Source: Chromatiales bacterium (GTDB lineage Bacteria; Pseudomonadota; Gammaproteobacteria; CAMYNG01). From it: DNA of 64,000 nucleotides. The notes under the pieces were generated by a model. It did not search any database. It was not told where the DNA came from and saw nothing but the letters and a program-made list of their open reading frames with translations. The stretch's first letter is position 1, and each line of letters opens with the position of its first letter. Both the position numbers and the translations under genes were made by a program. This document shows, in pieces, positions 48,537 to 58,488 of the stretch. Location of the stretch: assembly GCA_027005735.1 (NCBI GenBank), contig JALTLF010000085.1, positions 1,927-65,926 on the forward strand. The letters are read 5' to 3'.

Positions 48537-49730
48537 TCAGGGGTTACGGACGTTGTCGAGGACCTTCAGGCCGCGGAAGGCCTCCAGCACCAGCGCGTAG
48601 CTGATCTTCTCGTAGGTCTTGAAGACCATCAGGGTGCCCGCCTTCTCGTCCGGCGTGATGTAATATTCCCCGGCAAGGACATCGCGCTGGCGCTTGCCGC
48701 GATGATAGATGGCCAGCACGCTACCCGCCTCGAGGCCGTCGCGCTCGCCACGGTTGAGGATCACCACCTGGTACTGGCCGAAACCGTCCAGGCCGTTGAC
48801 CACCGACACCACCTGGCCCTCCACCTGCTTCGAGGGCGCGCGGGGCAGGAAGTTGAGCGAGATCTCCTCCTGGTCCACCGGCAGGAGGAGATCGCCCTGC
48901 AGGATCTCAAGCACCGCGTTGGTCACGCGCAGGGTGGACGGGTCGCCATCACGCAGCAGGCTGGCGGTACCGAGGTAGGTCAGCTTGCGGCCGATGACCT
49001 CGCCGCTCTGCGGATCCCGCAGGCGCTCGCCGAAACGCACCACGTAGTACAGGCCCTGACCGGGCTTGAATTCACCACGGGCATAGATCAGGTGACCGGT
49101 GCCGGCGGCCAGATGTTCCTCGTAGCTGGAGACAATGTAGGGAGCGTCTTCGAGGATCTCGTCGGGCACCACCACCGGCTGGGTCAGGTACGGCCCGATG
49201 TGCTGGCGCGGTATGGTTTCGATGGCCGACTCAATGGTGGTCACGCGCACCTTGGGCTCCCACTTCACCACCGGCAGGTTGCGCGTGGTGGGCGGCGGCG
49301 GGGGCGGCAGCGTGCCTTCGATGCCCAGCCGCGGCTGGCCGTCCACGTAGTAGAGCACGATCACGTCACCGGGATAGATGAGATGCGGGTTGCGGATCTC
49401 GGGGTTGATCTGCCACACCTCGGGCCAGCGCCAGGGATCACTCAGGAACTTGCCGGCGATGTCCCACAGGGTGTCGCCCTTCTTGACCACGTAGCGGTCC
49501 GGGTAGTCGGGGCGAAAGCCGCTGGGCGGCGCCGGCTCGGGTTCGGGTTCGGGTGCCGCCATGGGCATGGGCATGGGTTCCGCCGGGGCGGGCGCCGGGG
49601 GCTCGGCGGCGGGGGGTTCCCGGGTCGGCGCGCTGCTGCAGGCGGCCAGCAGTCCCGCCACGGCCAGCATCGCCAGCGTCGTCGGCAGGACGCGTAAGAT
49701 CTCGATTCCTGAGCGATTTTTCTTTATCAT
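48537..49730 (-). CDS. LysM domain lipoprotein (TsaP-like peptidoglycan-binding protein)
   Basis: Lipobox LLAAC, Pro-rich linker, LysM motif YVVKKGDTLWDIAGKF. Sits between dprA and def, as Pseudomonas PA0020 does. Confidence 0.65.
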   Translation of the reverse strand: MIKKNRSGIEILRVLPTTLAMLAVAGLLAACSSAPTREPPAAEPPAPAPAEPMPMPMAAPEPEPEPAPPSGFRPDYPDRYVVKKGDTLWDIAGKFLSDPWRWPEVWQINPEIRNPHLIYPGDVIVLYYVDGQPRLGIEGTLPPPPPPTTRNLPVVKWEPKVRVTTIESAIETIPRQHIGPYLTQPVVVPDEILEDAPYIVSSYEEHLAAGTGHLIYARGEFKPGQGLYYVVRFGERLRDPQSGEVIGRKLTYLGTASLLRDGDPSTLRVTNAVLEILQGDLLLPVDQEEISLNFLPRAPSKQVEGQVVSVVNGLDGFGQYQVVILNRGERDGLEAGSVLAIYHRGKRQRDVLAGEYYITPDEKAGTLMVFKTYEKISYALVLEAFRGLKVLDNVRNP

Positions 49731-49886
49731 TTGGCTTACCCTGAAAGACTGCCCTTGGTCGGTGGCAGGCGCTGCAAACGGGGCTCCCGTACCGCTCCAT
49801 GCCCCCTTTTCAGCACACGGTTATCCTGTACGATCATAATGTTAGCAGCTTTTTCTATAGTTGTACTATAAATTACCGTCTACCCC

Positions 49887-50402
49887 ATGGCAATACGCGA
49901 AATTCTTCACTTTCCCGACGAACGCCTGCGCACCCGGGCCGCCCCCGTGGCACAGGTGGACGACGAGATCCGCAAGCTCGTGGCCGACATGCTGGAAACC
50001 ATGTACGACGCCCCGGGCATCGGTCTCGCCGCCACCCAGATCGACGTGCACCTGCGCGTCATTGTCATGGATCTATCGGAAGATCGCAGTGCGCCCTTAG
50101 TCCTGATCAACCCCGAGATCCTCGAAAAGGAAGGGGCGCAGAAAATGGACGAGGGCTGCCTGTCGGTACCGGGGATCTACGAGCCGGTGGAGCGCGCCAG
50201 CCACGTGCGCGTGCGCACCCTCGACCTGGAGGGCCGGGAGCACATCATCGAGGCCGACGATCTGCTGGCGGTGTGCATCCAGCACGAGATGGATCACCTC
50301 GACGGCAAGCTTTTCGTGGACTACCTCTCCGGTCTCAAGCGCGAGCGCATCCGCAAGAAGCTCAACAAGCAGAAGCGGCTGGCCCAGCCGGTGGCCCTCT
50401 GA
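49887..50402 (+). CDS. def: Peptide deformylase
   Basis: Motifs [13 protein letters not shown] and QHEMDH. Confidence 0.95.
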   Translation: MAIREILHFPDERLRTRAAPVAQVDDEIRKLVADMLETMYDAPGIGLAATQIDVHLRVIVMDLSEDRSAPLVLINPEILEKEGAQKMDEGCLSVPGIYEPVERASHVRVRTLDLEGREHIIEADDLLAVCIQHEMDHLDGKLFVDYLSGLKRERIRKKLNKQKRLAQPVAL

Positions 50403-50502
50403 GCCGGCCCGCCGCGTGCCCGCCTCCGGGTCTTCCTTTCCACGACACCGCCCCCGTCCGCCGCGCCGACCCGGCGAGCGCCCGATACCTGTAAACTGGG
50501 GT

Positions 50503-50524
50503 GGGATCCAGAACACGTATTCAG
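50503..50524. repeat. Possible solo right-end fragment of the ~208-bp repeat family
   Basis: GGATCCAGAACACGTATTCAG resembles the family right end GGGTATTCGGAACACGTATTTAG. Confidence 0.25.
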
Positions 50525-50525
50525 C

Positions 50526-51512
50526 ATGCCCAAGCCCCTGAAAATCGTCTTCGCCGGCACGCCGGAATTCGCCGCCACCGCCCTGGCCGCCCTGCTGGAC
50601 TCGCGCCACGAGGTGGTGGCGGTCTACACCCAGCCGGACCGCCCCGCCGGCCGCGGGCGCAGGTTGCGCCCGAGCCCGGTGAAGGCCCTGGCGCTGGCCC
50701 ACCATCTGCCGGTGGTCCAGCCCGAGAGCCTGCGGGAGCCGGCGGAGCAGCAGGCCCTCGCCGCGTGGGGCGCGGATGTCATGGTGGTGGCCGCCTACGG
50801 GCTCATCCTGCCCCCCGAGGTACTGGCCACGCCACGCCTCGGCTGCATCAACATCCACGCCTCGCTGCTGCCCCGCTGGCGGGGCGCCGCCCCCATCCAG
50901 CGCGCCATCCTCGCCGGGGACAGGGAGACCGGCGTCACCATCATGCAGATGGACGCCGGCCTCGACACCGGCCCCATGCTGGCGCGGCGGGCCTGCCCCA
51001 TCCACGATACCGATACCGCCGGCAGCCTGCACGATCGCCTCGCCACGCTGGGGGCCGAGGCCCTGCTGGCGGTCCTCGAGCAGCTCGACGAGGGCGGCCT
51101 GGTGCCGGAGCCCCAGGACGAGGCACAGGCCACCTACGCGGCGAAGATCGACAAGGCGGAGGCGCGCCTCGACTGGTCCCGCCCCGCCGTGGAACTCCAC
51201 CGCGTGGTGCGCGCCTTCAACCCCTGGCCGGTGGCCTTCACCACCGCCTGCCCCGGCGGGGACGCCGCCCCGCTGCGCCTGCGCGTCTGGGCCGCCCGGC
51301 CCGAAACCGGCGCCCTCGGGTCCCCCGAAACCCCCGGTGCCCCGCCGGGCACGGTGCTCGAGGCCGGACCCACGGGGATCCGTGTCGCCTGCGGCATTGG
51401 CGCGCTGGTGCTCACCGAGCTCCAGCCCCCGGGCAGCAAACCCATGTCGGCGGCGGCCTTCCACAACGGCCACCCGTGGCTGGCACCGGGCCTGCGGCTG
51501 GGGGAGGCATGA
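50526..51512 (+). CDS. fmt: Methionyl-tRNA formyltransferase
   Basis: N-terminus IVFAGTPEFAATAL matches the Fmt family; 328 aa. Confidence 0.95.
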   Translation: MPKPLKIVFAGTPEFAATALAALLDSRHEVVAVYTQPDRPAGRGRRLRPSPVKALALAHHLPVVQPESLREPAEQQALAAWGADVMVVAAYGLILPPEVLATPRLGCINIHASLLPRWRGAAPIQRAILAGDRETGVTIMQMDAGLDTGPMLARRACPIHDTDTAGSLHDRLATLGAEALLAVLEQLDEGGLVPEPQDEAQATYAAKIDKAEARLDWSRPAVELHRVVRAFNPWPVAFTTACPGGDAAPLRLRVWAARPETGALGSPETPGAPPGTVLEAGPTGIRVACGIGALVLTELQPPGSKPMSAAAFHNGHPWLAPGLRLGEA

Positions 51513-52858
51513 ATCCCCGTCGCCGGGCGCTGGAAGTGCTGCAGGCGGTGATCGGCGAGGGGCGCTCCCTCACCGAGGCGCTGGAAGGGGCGCTGGCCGA
51601 GGCCGGTGAGGCCGATCCGCGGGATGTCGCCCTGCTGCGCGCCCTGTGCTTCGGCGTCTGCCGCCACTACTTCCACCTGCGCTGCCTCCTCGGCCAGTTG
51701 CTCGATCGCCCCCTGCGGCGCAAGGACCGGGACGTGGAACTGGCCGCCCTGCTCGGCCTGTTCCAGCTCGGCTGGCTGCGCATTCCCGCCCATGCCGCCG
51801 TGGCCGAGACCGTGGCCCTGGCCGGGGCCCTGCGCAAGCCCTGGGCCCGGGGCCTGCTCAATGCCCTGCTGCGACGCTACCAGCGCGAGCGGGAGGCGCT
51901 GGAGGCGCGCGTCGGCGAGGACGAGGAGGCCGTCCACGACCACCCCCGCTGGCTGCTGGATCGCCTGCGCGCCGCCTGGCCGGCGGACTGGCCGTCCGTC
52001 GTGGCGGCCAACAACACCCCGGCGCCCATGAGCCTGCGGGTCAACCTCCGCCAGGGCGACCGCGAGGACTACCTGCGACAACTGGCCGCCGCCGGCATCG
52101 CGGCCCGCCTGGCGCCCGCCACCGAGGCGGGGATCGTCCTGGACGCGCCGGTGGACGTCGCACGGCTGCCGGGCTTCGCCGCGGGCCGGGTCAGCGTGCA
52201 GGATGGCGCCGCCCAGCTCGCCGCCCCCCTGCTGGACGCCCGCCCGGGGGAACGGGTGCTGGACGCCTGCGCCGCGCCGGGGGGCAAGACGGCCCACCTC
52301 CTCGAGCGCGAACCCGCGCTGGGGGAGGTGGTGGCGCTGGACAAGTCGGCGTCTCGCCTCGCGACCCTGGAGAAGGGACTGGCGCGCCTGGGGCTCTCGG
52401 CCACCACGCTGGCCGCCGACGCCGGTGCGCCGGCGGACTGGTGGGACGGGCGGCCCTTCCATCGCATCCTCCTGGATGCGCCCTGTTCGGCCACCGGCGT
52501 CATCCGCCGCCACCCGGACATCAAGCTGTTGCGCCGGGAGGCGGACATTCCCGCCCTGGCGGCCACCCAGCAGACCCTGCTGCGCCGCCTGTGGCCCTTG
52601 CTGCGCCCCGGGGGTATCCTTTTATATGCCACCTGTTCCGTGTTGCCAGAGGAAAATGCAAGGCAAATTGCGCAATTCCTGCAACAATGTACCGATGCCC
52701 GTCTTGCCATCGACTTCCACGCCCTGCCGGGGGCGCCGCCCGCGCCCGCGGGATCCGGTCCTGCCGTGGGCCGGGATACCGGCCATGGCTGGCAGATCCT
52801 CCCCGGCGAGTGGGACATGGACGGCTTTTTCTATGCCCGCCTGGTCAAGGACGGCTAG
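51509..52858 (+). CDS. rsmB: 16S rRNA (cytosine967-C5)-methyltransferase RsmB (Sun)
   Basis: NusB-like N-terminal domain plus the RsmB/NOP methyltransferase domain (DACAAPGGKT, PCSATGV). ATGA overlap with fmt; 449 aa. Confidence 0.9.
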   Translation: MNPRRRALEVLQAVIGEGRSLTEALEGALAEAGEADPRDVALLRALCFGVCRHYFHLRCLLGQLLDRPLRRKDRDVELAALLGLFQLGWLRIPAHAAVAETVALAGALRKPWARGLLNALLRRYQREREALEARVGEDEEAVHDHPRWLLDRLRAAWPADWPSVVAANNTPAPMSLRVNLRQGDREDYLRQLAAAGIAARLAPATEAGIVLDAPVDVARLPGFAAGRVSVQDGAAQLAAPLLDARPGERVLDACAAPGGKTAHLLEREPALGEVVALDKSASRLATLEKGLARLGLSATTLAADAGAPADWWDGRPFHRILLDAPCSATGVIRRHPDIKLLRREADIPALAATQQTLLRRLWPLLRPGGILLYATCSVLPEENARQIAQFLQQCTDARLAIDFHALPGAPPAPAGSGPAVGRDTGHGWQILPGEWDMDGFFYARLVKDG

Positions 52859-53426
52859 CCGCGCCCGGGGCCTGGCCCTGTTGCTCGCCACGCTCCTCGG
52901 CCTCGGCGGGGCGACGGCGGAGGTGGCCCTCGCCGCGGACGGCATGTCGGTGGAGGCGCCGCGCACCGAGATCGTCGAGGGCGTGCTTACCCTCTCGGCG
53001 CGGGTGCGCTATCACCTCAGTGACGAGGTCCTGGAGGCGCTCAACAGCGGGGTGCCGCTGTTCTTCGTCCTCGACATCGAGGTCGAACGTGTGCGCCGCT
53101 GGTGGCCGGATGCCACCGTCGCCACCTTGCAGCAGCGTTACCTGCTGCTCTATCACGCCCTCAGCGAAAAATACGTGGTGCACAATCTCAACAGCGGGGT
53201 ACAGGGCAACTATGGCAGCCTGACCACGGCCCTGTGGTCCATGGGCCGGGTGGAAGGTCTGCCGCTCATCGACCGCGGGCTGCTCGATGCCGGCGCCGAC
53301 TACGTGGTGCGCCTGCGCGCCACCCTCGATCTCGACGCCCTGCCGGCGCCCATACAGCCCCTTGCCCACCTGTCTTCCGACTGGCGCCTGGAAAGCCCAT
53401 GGTACGAGCTGTCAGTCAGTCCCTGA
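52833..53426 (+). CDS. DUF4390 domain protein (secreted)
   Basis: Signal peptide. Overlaps the rsmB 3' end by 26 nt and the kinase 5' end by 28 nt. Confidence 0.5.
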   Translation: MPAWSRTASRARGLALLLATLLGLGGATAEVALAADGMSVEAPRTEIVEGVLTLSARVRYHLSDEVLEALNSGVPLFFVLDIEVERVRRWWPDATVATLQQRYLLLYHALSEKYVVHNLNSGVQGNYGSLTTALWSMGRVEGLPLIDRGLLDAGADYVVRLRATLDLDALPAPIQPLAHLSSDWRLESPWYELSVSP

Positions 53427-55675
53427 CGCGCGTCCTGCGCTTCCTCTTCAGCGGCAGCCGGCCGGTGGTGCTGCTCACCGTCCTCCTGCTGATTTCGCTG
53501 TACCTGCTCTCCAGCGCCACGCACCAGTCGGCGCGCTTCGGTGACTACTATCTGGTGTTGCTGGTGGTCAACGTACTCGCCATGCTCATCCTGGTGGGAC
53601 TCATCGTCAAGCACGTCGCGCGCCTGCTGCAACAGTATCGCAGCAATGCCCCCGGTTCCCGCCTGACCCTGCGACTGGTCCTGCTCCTCGGCGTGCTGTC
53701 GGTGACGCCGGTGTCGATGGTCTACCTGTTCTCCCTCGACTTCATCCAGCGCGGCATCGACTCCTGGTTCGACGTGCGCGTGGAGGAGGCGCTGGACGAC
53801 GCGCTGGAACTGAGCCGCGCCTCCCTCGGCGTGCGCATGCGCGACCTGCTGCGCGAGGCCCAGCACATGGCGCTGGTGCTGGCCGAGAGCCCGCCGGAGC
53901 TCGCCGCCCTGACCCTCAACGAACTGCGCGAGAACAGCCACGCCACCGAGCTGACCCTCTACAGCACCCGGGGTCGCATCCTCGCCTCCAGCACCCTCGA
54001 TCCCAACCAGCTCGTGCCCCTGTGGCTGGACGACACCACCCACCTGCGCCTCGACCTCGGCGCCAACGAAGTGGGACTGGTGTCGGTACACGAGAAGGGA
54101 CTGTTCATTCGCGCCGCGGTGACCGTGCCGGCGCTGATGCCGGGGCAGGACAACCGCATCCTGCGCGCGCTGTTTCCGGTGACCGCCTACATGAACGAGC
54201 TGGCCGACAGCGTGCAGGCCGCCTTCGCCCGCTACCAGGAGCTGGCCTACCTGCGCAAGCCGCTCACCTACAGCTTCGTGCTGACGCTCTCGCTGGTGCT
54301 GCTGCTCAGCGTCCTCACCGCGGTACTGGCCGCCCTGTCCTCGGCGCGACGGCTGATGCAGCCCATCTCCGATCTCGCCGAGGGCACGCGCGCGGTGGCG
54401 GCCGGCGACTACGCCAAGCGCCTGCCCCTGCCGTCGCGCCGTGACGAACTGGGCTTCCTGGTGCGCTCCTTCAACGACATGACGCGCCGCATCTCCGAGG
54501 CCCAGCGCGAGGTGCAGGCCAGCCAGCGCGCCGCCGAGGAACAGCGCGCCTGGCTCGAAGGCGTGCTCGCCAACCTGTCCTCGGGGGTCATCACCCTGGA
54601 TACCGAGCTGCGCATCCGCACCGGCAACAACGTCGCCAGCCAGATGCTCGACGTGCCGCTGGGCGACTACCAGGGCCGTCCCCTCATCGAGGTGGTGGAC
54701 GACCATACCCAGTTGCAGTTCGTCGTCGATGCCATCACGCCGCACCTGGAGCACAACGATGCCCAGTGGAGCGAGGAAGTGGTGCTGTTCGGCCCGGGCG
54801 GGCGACGCGTCTTCATCTGGCGCGGCACCACGCTGAGCGACCGGGACGGCAAGCCCGGCGGTCACGTCATCGTCTTCGACGACATCACCGCCCTCGTGCA
54901 GGCCCAGCGCGACGCCGCCTGGGGCGAGGTGGCGCGCCGCCTGGCCCACGAGATCAAGAACCCGCTGACCCCCATCCAGCTCTCGGCGGAACGCCTGCGC
55001 CACAAGTACCTGGCGCGCATGGCGCCCGAGGACGCCGATGTCCTCGACCGCTCCACGCGCACCATCGTCCAGCAGGTGGAGACCCTCAAGGAAATGGTCA
55101 AGGCCTTCTCCGACTACGCGCGCATGCCCACCATCCACCTCGAACCCCTGGATCTCAACCAGCTGGTGCGCGAGGTGGCGGATCTCTACGACGAGGGTGA
55201 GGAGACCCCCTGGTTCGCGCTGGACCTGGATCCGGCGCTGCCACCCATCGACGCCGACGACGGCCGCCTGCGGCAGCTGCTGCACAACCTGTTCAAGAAC
55301 GCCCTGGAGGCGGTAGACTTCCGGCCCAGCCAGCCGGTGCGCGTCAGCACGCGCTGCATGCAGGAGGCCAACTGCCATTTCATCGAAATGCGCGTCGAGG
55401 ATGCGGGACCCGGGATCCCGGAAGACATCATGGCGCAGCTCTTCGAGCCCTACGTCACCACCAAGCCGCGCGGCTCGGGGCTGGGGCTGGCCATCGTCAA
55501 GAAGATCGTCGAGGAACACGGCGGCATGGTGTGGGCCGAGAATCGCGGCGCGAAGGGCGGCGCCTGCCTGATCATTCGCCTGCCCGTCTCGCGCGAGGAA
55601 AACCCGCCCCGCGACGGGGAAAGCGGGGGTACAATGACAGACCGGGAAAGTGATGACAGCCATGCCGCAGCCTGA
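53399..55675 (+). CDS. Sensor histidine kinase, NtrY-like (TM, HAMP, PAS, HisKA, HATPase)
   Basis: Four N-terminal TM helices, then HAMP, PAS, an H-box LAHEIKNPLTPIQLSAERL, and N/G boxes. Confidence 0.8.
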   Translation: MVRAVSQSLTRVLRFLFSGSRPVVLLTVLLLISLYLLSSATHQSARFGDYYLVLLVVNVLAMLILVGLIVKHVARLLQQYRSNAPGSRLTLRLVLLLGVLSVTPVSMVYLFSLDFIQRGIDSWFDVRVEEALDDALELSRASLGVRMRDLLREAQHMALVLAESPPELAALTLNELRENSHATELTLYSTRGRILASSTLDPNQLVPLWLDDTTHLRLDLGANEVGLVSVHEKGLFIRAAVTVPALMPGQDNRILRALFPVTAYMNELADSVQAAFARYQELAYLRKPLTYSFVLTLSLVLLLSVLTAVLAALSSARRLMQPISDLAEGTRAVAAGDYAKRLPLPSRRDELGFLVRSFNDMTRRISEAQREVQASQRAAEEQRAWLEGVLANLSSGVITLDTELRIRTGNNVASQMLDVPLGDYQGRPLIEVVDDHTQLQFVVDAITPHLEHNDAQWSEEVVLFGPGGRRVFIWRGTTLSDRDGKPGGHVIVFDDITALVQAQRDAAWGEVARRLAHEIKNPLTPIQLSAERLRHKYLARMAPEDADVLDRSTRTIVQQVETLKEMVKAFSDYARMPTIHLEPLDLNQLVREVADLYDEGEETPWFALDLDPALPPIDADDGRLRQLLHNLFKNALEAVDFRPSQPVRVSTRCMQEANCHFIEMRVEDAGPGIPEDIMAQLFEPYVTTKPRGSGLGLAIVKKIVEEHGGMVWAENRGAKGGACLIIRLPVSREENPPRDGESGGTMTDRESDDSHAAA

Positions 55676-57083
55676 AGCCCAGACCCCCAAGACGCCGCCG
55701 GCCCCGGCTCACGCGCCCTTCATCCTCGTCGTCGACGACGAGCCGGACATCCGCGACCTGCTGCGCGAGATCCTCGAGGATGAAGGTTACGAGGTGGCCA
55801 CCGCCGAGAACGGCGCCGCCGCCCGCGAGGCCCACCGCCACCGGCGCCCCGACCTGGTGCTGCTGGACATCTGGATGCCCGACATCGACGGCATCACCCT
55901 GCTCAAGGAGTGGTCGGTGGAGGGCCGCCCGCCCATGCCGGTGATCATGATGTCCGGCCACGGCACCGTGGAGACCGCCGTCGAGGCCACCCGCCTCGGC
56001 GCCTACGACTTCATCGAAAAGCCCCTCTCGCTGGCCAAGCTGCTGCTCACCATCGAGCATGCCATCGAGGCGGACAAGCTGCAGAAGGAAAACCAGGGCC
56101 TGCGCTCGGTGAGCGACCAGCTCGACGAGCCCATCGGCCACAGCGGCGTCATCCAGCGGCTCAAGACCCGCATCCGGCGCATCGCCGAGCACGACACGCC
56201 GGTGCTCATCCTCGGCGAGCCGGGCAGCGGCCTGCGCGCCGTGGCCCGCTACCTGCACACCAGCAGCCCGCGCGCCACGCGGCCCTACCGCGAGCTGAGC
56301 GTCGGCACCCTGCAGGCGGGGCATGCCGCGCAGACCCTGTTCGGCAGTGAGGCGGGCGAGAAGATCGAATACGGCCTGCTGGAAGAGACCGCCGGCGGGA
56401 CCCTGTTCATCTACGACATCGCCGATCTCGATGCCGAGCTGCAACTCAAGCTGGAATCGGCGCTCGCCGGCGGCGAGTTCTACCGCATGGGCGGCCACCA
56501 GGCCGTGCCGCTGGCCACGCGCGTCGTCGCGGGCACCGCCGCCGATCTCGAGATCCTGGTGGAACAGGGCGGTTTCCGCCGCGAGCTGTACTATCATCTC
56601 AATATCCTGCCCCTGCAGGTGCCACCCCTGCGCGAGCACCGCGAGGACGTGCCGGAATTGCTCAACTTCTACACCAATCTGTATGTCAACCAGGACAACC
56701 TGCCCTACCGGCACTTTACCGTGGCGGCACAGAACAAGCTGCGCAACTACGGCTGGCCGGGTAATATCCGCGAGTTGAGCAACCTGGTGCAACGACTGTT
56801 GATCACCGGCAGCGGGAATGAAATCGAGCTCGACGAGGTCAACGCCAGTATCGAATCCATGCGCGCCGACCAGGCCGGCACGCTGCCGGGGCGCAGCGGT
56901 TTCGACCTGCCCCTGCGCGAGGCCCGCGAGCAGTTCGAGAAGGCCTATTTCGAATACCAGCTGGAGAAGACCGGCGGCAGCGTCGGCAAGGTCGCCGAAC
57001 TGGCGGCCATGGAACGCACGCACCTGTATCGCAAACTCAAGGCGCTGGGTATCGAACCGAAGAAGTTCGCCCGCGGCAAATAA
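55650..57083 (+). CDS. NtrC-family response regulator, NtrX-like (REC, AAA+ with degenerate motifs, Fis-type HTH)
   Basis: REC domain ([14 protein letters not shown]...[10 protein letters not shown]), an AAA+ domain lacking GAFTGA, with Walker A GEPGSGLR, and a C-terminal HTH. Confidence 0.8.
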   Translation: MMTAMPQPEAQTPKTPPAPAHAPFILVVDDEPDIRDLLREILEDEGYEVATAENGAAAREAHRHRRPDLVLLDIWMPDIDGITLLKEWSVEGRPPMPVIMMSGHGTVETAVEATRLGAYDFIEKPLSLAKLLLTIEHAIEADKLQKENQGLRSVSDQLDEPIGHSGVIQRLKTRIRRIAEHDTPVLILGEPGSGLRAVARYLHTSSPRATRPYRELSVGTLQAGHAAQTLFGSEAGEKIEYGLLEETAGGTLFIYDIADLDAELQLKLESALAGGEFYRMGGHQAVPLATRVVAGTAADLEILVEQGGFRRELYYHLNILPLQVPPLREHREDVPELLNFYTNLYVNQDNLPYRHFTVAAQNKLRNYGWPGNIRELSNLVQRLLITGSGNEIELDEVNASIESMRADQAGTLPGRSGFDLPLREAREQFEKAYFEYQLEKTGGSVGKVAELAAMERTHLYRKLKALGIEPKKFARGK

Positions 57084-57102
57084 GCAAGAAGAACAAACGA
57101 CC

Positions 57103-58476
57103 ATGAAGATTCTGATTCTCGGTGCCGGCCAGGTCGGCTCCTCGCTGGCCAAGAACCTGGCCAGCGAGGCCAACGACATCACCCTCGTCGATGTCAACGA
57201 TTACGTCCTGCGTTCCCTGCAGGACCGCCTCGACATCCGTACCGTGTGCGGGCTGGCCTCGCACCCCGATATCCTGCGCCGCGCGGGTGCCGACGATGCC
57301 GACATGGTCATCGCCGTGACCGACTCCGACGAGGTCAACATGGTGGCCTGCCAGGTGGCCTATACCATCTTCCACACGCCCACCAAGATCGCCCGCGTGC
57401 GCCACGTGGAATACCTCTCGGTGCCGCAGCTCTTCAACCAGGAGGCGCTGCCCATCGACGTGCTCATCAGCCCCGAGCAGCTGATCACCAGCTATATCCA
57501 GCGCCTCATCGAACACCCCGGCGCCCTGCAGGTGCTGGACTTCGCCGACGGCCTGGTGCAGCTGGTGGCGGTGAAGGCCTATTACGGCGGGCCGCTGGTG
57601 GGTCACCAGCTCAAGGAACTGCGCGAGCACATGCCCAACGTGGAGACACGCGTTGCCGCCATCTACCGCCGCGGCCAGCCCATCATTCCCGAGGGCGCCA
57701 CCGTCATCGAGGCCGACGACGAGGTGTTCTTCATCACCGCCACGCGCAACACGCGCGCGGTGATGGGGGAGTTGCGCCGCCTGGACAAGCCCTACAAGCG
57801 CATCCTCATCGGCGGCGGCGGCAACATCGGCAAGAGCGTGGCGCGCGCGCTGGAGAAGCGTTACCAGGTGAAGCTCATCGACCACAATGCCGAACGCACG
57901 CGCGCCATTTCCCAGGAGCTGGAAAAGGCCATCGTCCTGCTCGGCGACATCGCCGATCAGGACCTGCTGCTGGACGAGAACATCGAGAACACCGACGTTT
58001 TCTGCGCCCTGACCAACGACGACGAGGCCAACATCCTCTCCGCCATGCTGGCCAAGCGCCTCGGCGCGCGCAAGGTGATGTCGCTCATCAACCGCGCCTC
58101 CTATGTCGATCTCGTCGAAAGCGGCGACATCGACATCGCCATCTCGCCCCAGCAGGCCACCATCGGCAGCCTGCTGACCCATATCCGACGAGGCGACGTG
58201 GTCAAGGTGCATTCCCTGCGCCGTGGCGCGGCCGAGGCCATCGAGGCCATCGCCCATGGCGACGAGAGCACGTCCCGTGTAGTGGGCCGCACCATCGACG
58301 AACTCAACCTGCCGCCGGGCACCACCATCGGGGCCATCATCCGCGACGGCGACGTGCTCATCGCCCATCACGACACGCGCATCGAGTCGGAGGACCACGT
58401 CATCCTGTTCCTCGTCGACAAGTCCCGCATTGCCGAAGTGGAGCATCTTTTCCAGGTCGGCATTACCTTCCTGTAA
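57103..58476 (+). CDS. trkA: Trk potassium uptake system NAD-binding protein TrkA
   Basis: [16 protein letters not shown] Rossmann motif; two TrkA-N/TrkA-C repeats; 458 aa. Confidence 0.95.
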   Translation: MKILILGAGQVGSSLAKNLASEANDITLVDVNDYVLRSLQDRLDIRTVCGLASHPDILRRAGADDADMVIAVTDSDEVNMVACQVAYTIFHTPTKIARVRHVEYLSVPQLFNQEALPIDVLISPEQLITSYIQRLIEHPGALQVLDFADGLVQLVAVKAYYGGPLVGHQLKELREHMPNVETRVAAIYRRGQPIIPEGATVIEADDEVFFITATRNTRAVMGELRRLDKPYKRILIGGGGNIGKSVARALEKRYQVKLIDHNAERTRAISQELEKAIVLLGDIADQDLLLDENIENTDVFCALTNDDEANILSAMLAKRLGARKVMSLINRASYVDLVESGDIDIAISPQQATIGSLLTHIRRGDVVKVHSLRRGAAEAIEAIAHGDESTSRVVGRTIDELNLPPGTTIGAIIRDGDVLIAHHDTRIESEDHVILFLVDKSRIAEVEHLFQVGITFL

Positions 58477-58488
58477 CCAGGAACCGGC

